A stretch of 64,000 nt of DNA from an uncultured Actinomycetes bacterium (GTDB lineage Bacteria > Actinomycetota > Acidimicrobiia > IMCC26256 > PALSA-555): the NCBI GenBank assembly GCA_963731625.1, contig CAVSWH010000023.1, forward strand, positions 17,430-81,429. Reading direction: 5' to 3'. Shown here one piece after another: positions 10,121 to 19,399 of the stretch. Position 1 is the stretch's first letter. Each line of letters starts with the position of its first letter. The notes beneath the pieces were generated by a model. The model saw only the letters and a list, made by a program, of their open reading frames with translations. It was not told the origin of the DNA and made no database searches. The position numbers and the translations under genes are program-made.

Positions 10121-10476
10121 CGCTCACCGCGATACACGCACCCCGACGTGCACGTCTCGCGAACCACCACCTGGGAGAGATCGGGGAGCGTGTCCACCAA
10201 CTCGTCCCAGACCCACTGCGCCAGGATCTCGCTGGTGGGGTTCTCAAGCCCGTCGATCTCGTTGAGGTAGTAGTGGTCGAGGCGCGCGAGCACCGGCGCC
10301 ATCGCGCAGCTGATCTCCGCGAAGTCGCGGACCCAGCCAGCCTCCGCCTGGACCGGGGCGGTGACGTGAACGCCCAATCGAAAGGAGTGCCCGTGGAGGC
10401 GGGCGCACTTGTGGCCGGGTGGCACGTTCGGGAGCCGATGCGCCGCCTCAAAGCTGAACTCCTTGAAGATCTCCAT
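10117..10476 (-). CDS. queD: 6-carboxy-5,6,7,8-tetrahydropterin synthase
   Basis: FEAAHRLP, KCARLHGHS, LDHYYLN, LENPTSE and RETCTSGC motifs. Confidence 0.95.
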   Translation of the reverse strand: MEIFKEFSFEAAHRLPNVPPGHKCARLHGHSFRLGVHVTAPVQAEAGWVRDFAEISCAMAPVLARLDHYYLNEIDGLENPTSEILAQWVWDELVDTLPDLSQVVVRETCTSGCVYRGER

Positions 10477-10644
10477 CAGCCCAACTCCCGAGGCGGTGGT
10501 CGTCGTGGGCGGCGCGACCCGAGCGCGCCGGCAACACGGTCCTGTGCGGCAAGCATCCGCTCCCAGACCTTACGGGGAGCCCGGCCGCGGTGCACTCCAC
10601 AGCCGCGTGGCGGCACGAAGGCCTCGGAACCGTAGCGTTCCAGC

Positions 10645-11448
10645 ATGCAGATCGACGTGCTCCTGGACCCGTTCGGCACACGCTGGTCCGAGCTCCGCGA
10701 CACGGCCCGTGCTGCGGCCGAGGCGGGGTTCGCGGGCGTCTGGACCTGGGATCACCTGGACGGCCGCGTGTACGACGCGCCGGACGTGCTCGAGTGCTGG
10801 ACCGTGCTGACCGCGCTCGCCGTCGCCGTCCCGAACGTGATGATCGGACCGCTCGTCCTCAACGTCGCCAATCGCCGTCCCGGCGTGCTCGCCGTCATGG
10901 CGGCCACGCTCCAGGACGTCTCGAGTGGCCGACTCCTGCTCGGGCTCGGGGCGGGCGGTGGCCCGGACACGCCCTACCAACGTGAGCAAGAGGCGACCGG
11001 CGGCACGGTGGCGGCCGACCCCGCCCGCCGAGCGCAGATCGAGACGTGCGTCGAGCAGGTTCGGCACCTGTGGCGATCTCCCGGATTCCTGGAGCCCGAC
11101 CCCGCGCCGCCATTCGTGATCGGCGCGTTCGGTCCGAAGATGGCGGAGCTCGCGGGACGGGTCGGCGACGGGATCAACACGCGAGCTGCCGACCCTCGTC
11201 TGGAGGAGATCGTGACCATTGCCCGCGTCGCCCACGAGCGGGCCGGTCGGGATCCTGCTCACTTCTTGGTCACCGTGTTCACCGCGCTGGATGAATCGTG
11301 GCTGACGATCGACTCGGAGCGCCGGAAGCATCTGGACGCGCTCGGCGTGAACCGCCTGATCCTGTACGTGCGCCCGGCGGACGACCGGGCTCGGATCGCC
11401 GCCGCTGGACGGATGGCCACGCACGTTGGCGGGTCGGAACGCGACTGA
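10645..11448 (+). CDS. LLM-class (luciferase-like) flavin/F420-dependent oxidoreductase
   Basis: GFAGVWTWDH, R.PGVLA.MAATL..VSSGRLLLGLGAG motifs. Confidence 0.9.
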   Translation: MQIDVLLDPFGTRWSELRDTARAAAEAGFAGVWTWDHLDGRVYDAPDVLECWTVLTALAVAVPNVMIGPLVLNVANRRPGVLAVMAATLQDVSSGRLLLGLGAGGGPDTPYQREQEATGGTVAADPARRAQIETCVEQVRHLWRSPGFLEPDPAPPFVIGAFGPKMAELAGRVGDGINTRAADPRLEEIVTIARVAHERAGRDPAHFLVTVFTALDESWLTIDSERRKHLDALGVNRLILYVRPADDRARIAAAGRMATHVGGSERD

Positions 11449-11544
11449 CAAGGGTCCGGTCGGAGCGTCGAGCCCATTGCGAGGAGTTGTGCGCGTCGGA
11501 GTCTTCCAACGTCGACGCGGAGCCGGCGCCTAGGTTGGTCGTCG

Positions 11545-13021
11545 GTGTCGATGACCCGACGAGAGTTCCTCGTTGTCTCGGGTCGCGGGATCGCGGCTGC
11601 GGGGCTGGTCTCGCAGCTCGGTTGGTTGAGCGCATGCAGCGCCGGCGCTGGACCGAATTGGGATGCTCTCGCCCGCTCGCTGCGGGGGCGCCTCATCCGT
11701 TCTGGGAGCCCCGGGTATCAGGATGCCGCGCTCCCCCAGAATCTCCGCTACGACGCGCGCCTCCCCGGTGGCATCGCCTGGTGCGCCGACACGGCAGACG
11801 TGCGCACCGCGATCCGCTGGGCGCGCGACAACCGCGTGCCACTCGTCGCTCGGGGTGGCGGGCACAGCTACGGGGGGTACTCGACGACCGACGGCCTGCA
11901 GATCGACCTCAACGGCATGACGAGCGTCACCGCAGACCCGGCCACCGGCACGGCCCGCGTCGTCGGCGCGGCCCGCAACCGGGATGTCGCCACGGCACTC
12001 CAACCGCTCGAGGTCACCGTGTCCGCCGGGCGCTGCCCCGGCGTCGGCGTCGGCGGCCTGACCCTCGGCGGCGGCTTCGGATTCAGCGCCCGCCAGCTGG
12101 GCCTCACCGCCGACGCACTCACCGAGACAGAAGCTCGTCACCGCGGCGGGCGACGTACTCACCTGCAACGAGACCGAAAACGCCGACCTGTTCTGGGCGT
12201 GCCGGGGTGGCGGCGGCGGCAACTTCGGGATCAACACATCCTTCACGTTCCGCACGACGCCCGTCGGCGAGGTGTCCGTCTACCGGTGCACCTGGAGCAG
12301 CGTCGACCCAGCGCAGCTGCTCGATGCGTTCCAGCAGGTCCTCGCGGCCGCTCCCGACGCGTTCTCGATGCGACTCGGCTTCGGCGCGCCCTCCAACCCG
12401 CGGGCGCCGATCACGTTGGAGGCGATCGGCCAGTACTTCGGGCCCAGCACCCAACTCGCCGGTCTGCTCGCCCCGGTGTTCGGGACCGCGGCACCGACCA
12501 CCAAAGAGGTTCACGACGTGACCTATTGGGAGGGAAAGGACCTCCTCGCCGACAACGAAGGGCCGTCTGCGTTCACCGAGCGGTCCCTCTTCGCTCCGCG
12601 CCCGATCAACGCTGACGGCCTCGCCGTGTTCGCCGACTTGCTGCATCGTCGTCCCTCCACGGTCGGACCGTCCAGTGGCTCCGTCAAAGTGTTCAGCTGG
12701 GGCGGCGCGATCGCGCGTCTGGCGCCGTCGGCGACCGCGTTCGTCCATCGCGACGCCCTCGCGCTCCTGTCAGTCGGAGCCAACTGGGCAACCGATGAGG
12801 AGCCGAGCAGTGTCCGACGACTCCTCGCCTGGGTCGACCGTTTCTGGACCTCCATGCGACCGCATACCTCAAACGAGTCGTACCAGAACTTCATCGACCC
12901 CGCCCTGGCTGGCTGGGAGCGCGCCTACTACGGCTCGAATCTTGAGCGCTTGGTGGCCGTCAAGCGTCGCGTCGATCCGGACGACGTGTTCCGCTTCCCG
13001 CAGAGCATCCCGACCGCGTGA
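11545..13021 (+). CDS. Tat-exported FAD-linked oxidase of the berberine-bridge type (one +1 frameshift at ~12131)
   Basis: TRREFL Tat motif and RGGGHSY covalent-FAD motif. Removing one A restores LVTAAG...DLFWACRGGGGGNFG. BBE C-terminus YQNF..YYGSN..RL..VK..DP..F. Confidence 0.88.
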
Positions 13022-13077
13022 GATGGGCAGACGCCCCTGATCAGACGCTTGGCACGACACGCGACCTGGGTCGCTGC

Positions 13078-13103
13078 GACTCGCGCCCCGGTAACCGCGA
13101 GTC
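13078..13103. repeat. Palindrome (10-bp spacer)
   Basis: gactcgcg-ccccggtaac-cgcgagtc between convergent genes. Confidence 0.9.
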
Positions 13104-13140
13104 GCTCAGGCAAATGGGCGCGGCCAGATCGCTGTCGGAC

Positions 13141-13644
13141 TTACGACTTGCTCGCGAGTTGCTCGAGAATCGCACTGTTCTGTTCGAGAAGCTGCCGGTT
13201 GCTCTGTGCGAGTTCTTCAAGCCGAGTGTGCACAGCTTCAATTCGGGCGAACGCCTGCTGGTCAGTGGAGTAATCGTGCTCGGCGAGCTGGCTCGCGATC
13301 TGGTCTGATCGCTTCGCCGCGATCAAGAGGATCGCCCCTTGGAGACCAGCGACCATCGACAGGAACAAGTTCAACAAGATGTAGGGGTAGGGATCGAAGC
13401 CGTGCTTCCCGTTCGTTCCGCCCAGCCAGAAGATGCTGTTGACGATCGCCCACAAGCCCATCATGGCGATGAAGATGCCGACAAAGCCCCACGAGCCCAT
13501 CGAATTCCGCATCGTGTCCGCCGCGCGTTCACCCAGCGTTAACTGGTCGCCGCTCGGAACAGCCGGGTGCCGATCCCAGTAGGTCAGGAACCCGCGACGG
13601 GGATGGCGGATAGGGATCGCTGGAGTAACCATCTCGTCCGTCAA
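13141..13644 (-). CDS. DUF1003 membrane protein
   Basis: GERAAD...GSW.F and FDPYPYILLNLFLS motifs. Confidence 0.9.
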   Translation of the reverse strand: MTDEMVTPAIPIRHPRRGFLTYWDRHPAVPSGDQLTLGERAADTMRNSMGSWGFVGIFIAMMGLWAIVNSIFWLGGTNGKHGFDPYPYILLNLFLSMVAGLQGAILLIAAKRSDQIASQLAEHDYSTDQQAFARIEAVHTRLEELAQSNRQLLEQNSAILEQLASKS

Positions 13645-13741
13645 CTCGCACCCCTCTTGAGGAAGGCGCCCGACCGTCTCAGCGCAACAAGACGGTAGAG
13701 GTGACCCCTAGTTGATCGCCACCGTCTCCAGACCTATCTGA

Positions 13742-13768
13742 GCCCCGCCGTTCCCTGGACCGCGAGTC
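13742..13768. repeat. Degenerate palindrome (right arm intact)
   Basis: gccccgcc-gttccctggac-cgcgagtc. Confidence 0.65.
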
Positions 13769-13855
13769 GTACCGTCGTCGCCTCGTCACGACCGGGACTG
13801 TCCGATTGGGGGCTCGGGCTCGGCGTCGCGCGCGCGCGTTGTCGTCTTCAGATGT

Positions 13856-14821
13856 TCACGAGGCCCGAAGGGCGGGGAGGAGTTCACTTGCGGCCCAGGC
13901 GATGAACTGCTCCTGGGTGTCGGCGCCCACTTGAACCAGCGCGATGTGGGTGAAGCCGGCGGTCTCGAATTCGCGAACGCCCACGACGTGCCGCTCGACA
14001 TCGGGACCGCAGGGCATCTGCGCGGACACGTCCTCCTCGCGCACCGGGTGTGATGCCTCATCGAATGAGGCCGGGAGAGGAAGCTCGGCGTTCACCCGCC
14101 ACCCTGCGGTGAACCAACGGAACTGGTCCATCGCCCGTGTCACCGCGATCTGCGGATCGGGATCGTACGAGACCGCGATCTGTCCGATCCTCGGCTTGCC
14201 GGAGCCCCCCGCGCTGTCGAACGTCTCGCCGAGCTCGGCCTTGGGCTGCACGGCGATCATGACGTCGGCGAGACGCCCCGCGAGGCGACAGCTCGCAGCT
14301 CCTGACACTGCGATGCCGATCGGGGGCGCGGTGTCGGGAAGATCCCAGATCTTCGCGGACTCGACATCGAAATGCTTGCCCCGGTAGGTCACCGTCCCTC
14401 CAGCCCAGAGCGCTCGGATGATCTCCACGGCCTCGGCGAGCATCTCATGACGCACGCCGGCGATGGGCCAGTTGCCGCCGACGATGTGCTCGTTCAGGTT
14501 CTCACCCGCGCCCAGCCCGAGCGTGAACCGTCCGTCGCTCAGGAGCTGCATGGTGGCGGCCTTCTGTGCGACGACGGCTGGGTGATATCGCCGGATCGGG
14601 CAGGTGACGTACGTCATCAATGGAATGTGGTCGGTCGCCTGAGCCGCTGCGCCAAGCACACTCCAGGCGTACGGGGAATGCCCTTGCGTATCCAGCCAGG
14701 GGAAATAGTGGTCGCTGATGACCGCAAAATCGAACCCGGCTTCCTCGGCGAGGGCGACATCTCGCACGAGCTGCTTCGGGCCCGCTTGTTCACACATCAT
14801 CGTGTAGCCGATCAGCGTCAT
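13856..14821 (-). CDS. F420-dependent LLM oxidoreductase (G6PD-like, TIGR03557 type)
   Basis: GYTMMCEQ.GP, SDHYFPW, QGHSPYAWSVLGA and GAGENLNEH motifs. Confidence 0.9.
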   Translation of the reverse strand: MTLIGYTMMCEQAGPKQLVRDVALAEEAGFDFAVISDHYFPWLDTQGHSPYAWSVLGAAAQATDHIPLMTYVTCPIRRYHPAVVAQKAATMQLLSDGRFTLGLGAGENLNEHIVGGNWPIAGVRHEMLAEAVEIIRALWAGGTVTYRGKHFDVESAKIWDLPDTAPPIGIAVSGAASCRLAGRLADVMIAVQPKAELGETFDSAGGSGKPRIGQIAVSYDPDPQIAVTRAMDQFRWFTAGWRVNAELPLPASFDEASHPVREEDVSAQMPCGPDVERHVVGVREFETAGFTHIALVQVGADTQEQFIAWAASELLPALRAS

Positions 14822-15699
14822 GACGTTCCTTTCTGCTCCTCCAACGCGCGCATGACGGCAGTCAGGTCCAAGTCGCCAAGTCCTTGATCGACCGCCCCTT
14901 GCCATTCATCGGCAAGGCAGGCAAGGGCAGCCAGCTCGCCGGCCGCTTCACGCGCGAGGCGGATGTCCTTGAGGGCGAGCGAGAGGGCGAACTGCGGCGA
15001 GAAGTCGTCGTTAGCGATCCGTTGCAGCTTGCTTGCCTGCCACGGCGAGATCAGCGGTCCTTCCGCGATCGCCTCCGCCACGGTTCCAGTGGTCAGCCCA
15101 AGCCGATGAGCAAGCGCTACGGACGCGGCAATGGCCTCGTTGCCGAACGCGAGCCAGGTGTTGTTGACGAGCTTGAGCCGACTGCCCGCGCCGACTGCTC
15201 CGACCCAGATCGTGCGCTGCCCGAGGGCGTCGAAGAGGGGCTGAAGGCGGGGGCGGGCGTCGTCCGGGCCCGAGGCAAAGATCGTCAGCGCACCTTGCTC
15301 GGCGGGGTCCTTGCTCCCCGACACGGGCGCGTCGACGAGCAAGACGTCACGGCGCTCTGCTTCGACCATCGCGGCAATGCGCTCGATGCCGGCCACACCG
15401 ATCGTGCTCATCTGCGCCCAGATCGTGCCCGGCGCGAGCGCAGCGAGCATCCCTTGATCGTGAGCGATCGAGGCGACGGCGGACGCGTCGGTCACCATCG
15501 TCACGACGATGTCGGCCCGCCGTGCTGCGTCTGCGGCGCTGTCTGCGACGACCGCACCACGTGCGGCGAGGTCTCGAGTCGCCTCCGGTCGGCGGTTCCA
15601 AACGATCGTGGGGAGCCCCGCGCGCAAGGCGCTGCTGGCCATGCCGTGGCCCATGGCGCCGATTCCCAGCACCGCGACCGACTCCTGCGCCGCTGCCAT
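14818..15699 (-). CDS. NAD(P)-dependent 3-hydroxyisobutyrate/6-phosphogluconate dehydrogenase family protein
   Basis: GIGAMG, DAPVSGS and KLVNN motifs. Confidence 0.9.
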   Translation of the reverse strand: MAAAQESVAVLGIGAMGHGMASSALRAGLPTIVWNRRPEATRDLAARGAVVADSAADAARRADIVVTMVTDASAVASIAHDQGMLAALAPGTIWAQMSTIGVAGIERIAAMVEAERRDVLLVDAPVSGSKDPAEQGALTIFASGPDDARPRLQPLFDALGQRTIWVGAVGAGSRLKLVNNTWLAFGNEAIAASVALAHRLGLTTGTVAEAIAEGPLISPWQASKLQRIANDDFSPQFALSLALKDIRLAREAAGELAALACLADEWQGAVDQGLGDLDLTAVMRALEEQKGTS

Positions 15700-15863
15700 G
15701 CGCGTCTCCTCTCGGGCGGTATCGGCCGTCTACCCACGAGCGTGGGCTCGGCATTCCTAGATCACCGATGTTCGCCGTGGGAACCGAGACGCGCAACCAT
15801 CGGATCGGGCATGAGCAGACGGGCTCACCACCAAAACGCCCAACCTCTGGATCGTCCGATGGT

Positions 15864-15890
15864 GACTCGCGGTTTGCTGGACCGCGAGTC
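15864..15890. repeat. 27-bp palindrome
   Basis: gactcgcg-gtttgctggac-cgcgagtc. Confidence 0.95.
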
Positions 15891-16000
15891 GTTGCTGTCA
15901 CGCATTTTGGCCCTCGGTGAGCATCGTGCTCGGCGAGCCGTTTCAGCGTTGCGCCGGCTACTTGATGAGTCGCTGCGAGTACGACCAAAATTGTCGCTCG

Positions 16001-16360
16001 ATGGATCTACGCGACAAGCTCCGAGCGCGAGCCCAACCGCTGCTCGAGCCGGGTGAGGAGATCCAAGAGATCTTCCCCGCCCGAACGATGACCGTCTTCC
16101 TGGGCCGCGCTGTTCCGAGGTATTGGATCATCGCTGCGACTAACCGCAACATAGCCATCTTCTTCGTACGAAAATTTAGCCAGATGACCCCAAGGTCGGT
16201 CGTTGCGCGGCTCCCTCGGGAAACGCGACTCGGGCCCCTCAAAGGTCACCTGTTCGCTGAGATGAACGCAAAGGTCGGCGGAAGCACGCTGTTGGCGCCA
16301 CGCCGCTTCTTTGCAGATGTGGAGCGGGCGGACGCTCGGCTATCGCAGGCTCCAGGCTGA
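16001..16360 (+). CDS. Hypothetical protein (PH-like fold possible)
   Basis: L.PGEEI...F and IIAATNRNI pattern; lower GC than its neighbours. Confidence 0.65.
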   Translation: MDLRDKLRARAQPLLEPGEEIQEIFPARTMTVFLGRAVPRYWIIAATNRNIAIFFVRKFSQMTPRSVVARLPRETRLGPLKGHLFAEMNAKVGGSTLLAPRRFFADVERADARLSQAPG

Positions 16361-16569
16361 ACGTCGTCGCTACGACCGGATCGCGACTGAAAGGCTTCGG
16401 ATACGACGAGACCTCCCGGGTTGGTGCAACGGCGCAACAGGTCATGGCCCGAGGTTCGCGGATTAGCGCGCGTCTCTTACTTGGTCGTGGTCCTTGATTG
16501 GAGATTCGGGGTCGGTAAGGCTCACGCCGTCGCCGATTGTCGCCTCAGACCCCAGACCGAGGAGCCCGA

Positions 16570-17334
16570 ATGTCGCAGATGCCGCCACCGCCACCTCCCC
16601 CTCCCCCCGGGATGCCGCCTCCTCCGCCGCCCCCTCCTCCTGGGATGCCTCCGCCGGCGACGCTCGAGCAGCAGCCGTTCGGTGTTGGAGCGGCGATCTC
16701 CTACGGCTGGAACAAGTACTGGCAGAACCTCGGCGTACTGCTGGCAATCACCGTCCTGATCGTCGTGATCAACGCAGTGGCGGGTGGCGTCGTCTCAGTC
16801 ATCGGGAACGCGCTTCCGCGGATCCACTTCAATTCGGGAAACACGAGGTATGGCATCGGGGTCGGCGTCATTCTGGCGCAGATCGTCAACCTGGTGATCG
16901 GCGCGGTCCTGTACATGGGCCTGATACGAGCGACGCTGGCCGTTACCGAAGGTCAGAAACCCGATGTCTCGATGCTCTTTCGAGCTGAAGGCCTCGCTGC
17001 TTACGTCGTCGCCTCGATCCTCGTGACGATCGGCGTCGCGGTCGGACTGATCCTCCTGATCGTCCCAGGAATCATCCTGCTCATCATGTGGCACTTCTTC
17101 GGTTTCGTGATCGTTCAGAACCCGGAGACCGGAGCGCTAGACGCGATGCGCCGCTCGGCGGAGGTCACACGCGGGTACCGCTGGCCACTGTTCGGGCTAG
17201 GCCTTCTGCTTCTCGGAATCAACATCGTTGGTCTGATTGCGTGCTGCGTCGGCGTGATCTTCACGGAAGGCATCACTGCGATGACGGTCGCGTTCGCCTA
17301 CAAGACACTGAGTGGGCAACCAGTAGCCGCATAG
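16570..17334 (+). CDS. Integral membrane protein with proline-rich N-terminus
   Basis: GAGGAG RBS, poly-Pro N-terminus, about 5 TM helices, LILLIVPGI motif. Confidence 0.85.
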   Translation: MSQMPPPPPPPPPGMPPPPPPPPPGMPPPATLEQQPFGVGAAISYGWNKYWQNLGVLLAITVLIVVINAVAGGVVSVIGNALPRIHFNSGNTRYGIGVGVILAQIVNLVIGAVLYMGLIRATLAVTEGQKPDVSMLFRAEGLAAYVVASILVTIGVAVGLILLIVPGIILLIMWHFFGFVIVQNPETGALDAMRRSAEVTRGYRWPLFGLGLLLLGINIVGLIACCVGVIFTEGITAMTVAFAYKTLSGQPVAA

Positions 17335-17509
17335 TCACCGATCGTCCCGGCGACGGGCATCACCACCCTGGCTTCCGCATATCTGCCGATCAAGCTGCCC
17401 AGGCAGCCATTCCTTCCGTCGTCCGAACCGGATCCGGGAGAAGCAGCGCCTAAAGAGAGTCGCCTGCGGCTCGCAGATTGCGGGGCAGCGTGAGCGCCTT
17501 CTCGATTGT

Positions 17510-17536
17510 GACTGGCGGGTTCGGGGACCGCGAGTG
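17510..17536. repeat. Degenerate palindrome
   Basis: gactggcg-ggttcggggac-cgcgagtg. Confidence 0.8.
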
Positions 17537-17636
17537 AACGGATGGGCGGTCAGTCGGGTGAGCCGAGCGGCGCGACCGTTGCCCGACGCTGTTCATTGTT
17601 GGCCGGATAGGGTGCGCGCCGACCCGCCGGAGTGGG

Positions 17637-17858
17637 ATGAACTGGGGGCATGATGCTTCGGACGGCACTGACGGTGCGTGCGAGCTCTCGGCTCTACCGA
17701 TCCTCCGAGCTGCTGTAGGCATCTCGGCCATCGCAGCCGGCATGTGGGTCGGCACTGCGATCGTGGCATCACCGCCAGCTGGCGCGTCGAAATGCGACGT
17801 GACCTCAGTTCTGGTGACAGTCGATAACAAGACAGGCGCTTCGCTCAAACTTGGGTGA
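17637..17858 (+). pseudogene. Possible N-terminal fragment of a secreted protein
   Basis: Signal-like segment ending PAGA, then SKCDVTSVLVTVDNKTG and an early stop; lies between two palindromes. Confidence 0.35.
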
Positions 17859-18013
17859 TCGAGCCCCGCTAGATATCCGAGCGGCGGCGGTAACAGAGTG
17901 GGGTAGAACACCGGGGCAACGGAGCGGCATAGAGCGAGGTGCTACGCCCAACTTCACGATCCTGGCCCTGCTGAGCTGCTCTAAGGCGGGGTCGACGGTC
18001 GCCCCTGCTGGCT

Positions 18014-18040
18014 GACTCGCGGTTTCTTGGTCAGCGAGTC
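18014..18040. repeat. Palindrome
   Basis: gactcgcg-gtttcttggtc-agcgagtc. Confidence 0.9.
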
Positions 18041-18076
18041 GGCACAGACTCTCGGGCCGGCGTGGCCGGCATTCCC

Positions 18077-19399
18077 TCAGGAGTTCGGGTTCGTGTGCTC
18101 GGCCGGCGCCGGGTGCGGGTCGATCTGCGCCGACGTGAGATGGGCCGCTTCGTGCTGGGTCTCCCGCAGCATCTTGGCCAGCGACTCCAGCAGCTTCCAG
18201 CCGATCACGCCGTTGCCCTGGACGAGGGGTCGGAAGTCCCAGAATGTCAGCCCGAAGCAGACGAGTTCGGTCGTGGCGGTGATCGTCGCGGAGCGCGGAC
18301 CCTCATCGATCAGGGCAAGCTCGCCGAAGTGGTCGCCGCGACGCAGGGTCGCTAGCTCGGTGCCGCGGCCAGTCACGGCGGCCTCGCCTGAGTCGATCAG
18401 AAAGAAGGCCGCTCCACCCGAACCCTCCATGACGACGGTCTCCCCTTCGCTGAAACGGCGCTCCTTGAACAGGCGGGCGATCTGTTCCGCCTCTCGACGG
18501 TCCAGACCGTCAAAGAGCGCGACGCGCTGCACCGCATCCACCGGGTCGCTCGTGGTCGGCTCAGGCTCTGGGCTCGCGTCATGGGTCTTGCCCGTGGTGA
18601 CGGCCCGGCACTGCAGCAGGTAAAGCGTCCCATCGGCGATCGCCCACTCGATGTCACGCCCGGCGCCATAGATGCGTTCGCACGTCGCGGCGAGGCGGCC
18701 GAGTTCGGCGAGCTGCGGGTCGTCGAGGCAGAGTGCTTCAGCCCGGCTCGCCGGAATCTGCTCCTCGAAGGTCCCACCGGTCTCGGTGGCGCGGATGGCC
18801 ACGTCCTTCCGACCGGCTCGTCGTTCCAGTACCTGGCCAGCGTGGTCGAGCCGGAAGTTGTCCGGGATTACCAGCCCGGCGACGACGGCCTCTCCGAGTC
18901 CCCAGCTCGCCTCGATCACCCGCTCGTCCGCGCCGGTGATCGGGTTCGTGGTGAACATCACGCCGGCGACGTCAGGGTTGAGCAGCGTTTGGACGACCAC
19001 GCCGATGCTGGGGCGGGTGAACAGCCCGACTCGCTGGCGATAGCTGATCGCCGAGTCGGAGTTCGCTGACCACCAGATCTCCTTCAAGGCGGGAACCACG
19101 TCGTCAGTCGTCGGGACGTTGAGGAGAGTGAGGTGCTGGCCGGCAAAGCTCGCGTCGGCACCGTCCTCGTCGGCCGCGGACGAGCGAACCGCTAACGGCG
19201 CACGCAACGACCGGACCATCTTCTCGACCTGCGCGATCACGCGCTTGTCACCGGATGCGACGGCCTCGACGATGTCGCCCGACAGCGCGACGCCGGGCGG
19301 GACGGGCAGGCCCTCCCGCAGCGCCTCGCCGAGCCCGACAGCCTTGGACCCGAAGACGGCGGTCTCCTGGGCCTTGGCGAGCGGGACGACGCCTCTCAC
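18077..19399 (-). CDS. PEP synthase/PPDK N-terminal ATP-grasp domain fused to a C-terminal cyclic-nucleotide-binding domain
   Basis: AVRSSA..ED...SFAGQ, GLGE.VV.G...PD and DIEWA..LQCR.VT motifs, then the cNMP signature GDHFGELALI..PRSATI. Confidence 0.9.
   Translation of the reverse strand: MRGVVPLAKAQETAVFGSKAVGLGEALREGLPVPPGVALSGDIVEAVASGDKRVIAQVEKMVRSLRAPLAVRSSAADEDGADASFAGQHLTLLNVPTTDDVVPALKEIWWSANSDSAISYRQRVGLFTRPSIGVVVQTLLNPDVAGVMFTTNPITGADERVIEASWGLGEAVVAGLVIPDNFRLDHAGQVLERRAGRKDVAIRATETGGTFEEQIPASRAEALCLDDPQLAELGRLAATCERIYGAGRDIEWAIADGTLYLLQCRAVTTGKTHDASPEPEPTTSDPVDAVQRVALFDGLDRREAEQIARLFKERRFSEGETVVMEGSGGAAFFLIDSGEAAVTGRGTELATLRRGDHFGELALIDEGPRSATITATTELVCFGLTFWDFRPLVQGNGVIGWKLLESLAKMLRETQHEAAHLTSAQIDPHPAPAEHTNPNS

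Noticed and set aside
10476-10703. 75-aa ORF or preQ1 riboswitch upstream of queD
   Set aside because: The ORF overlaps the divergent LLM gene start and looks non-coding; no preQ1 stem or A-rich tail is recognisable.
15864-15890. Palindromes as simple Rho-independent terminators
   Set aside because: No U-tracts, near-fixed spacer length, and copies also lie between divergent genes, as here.
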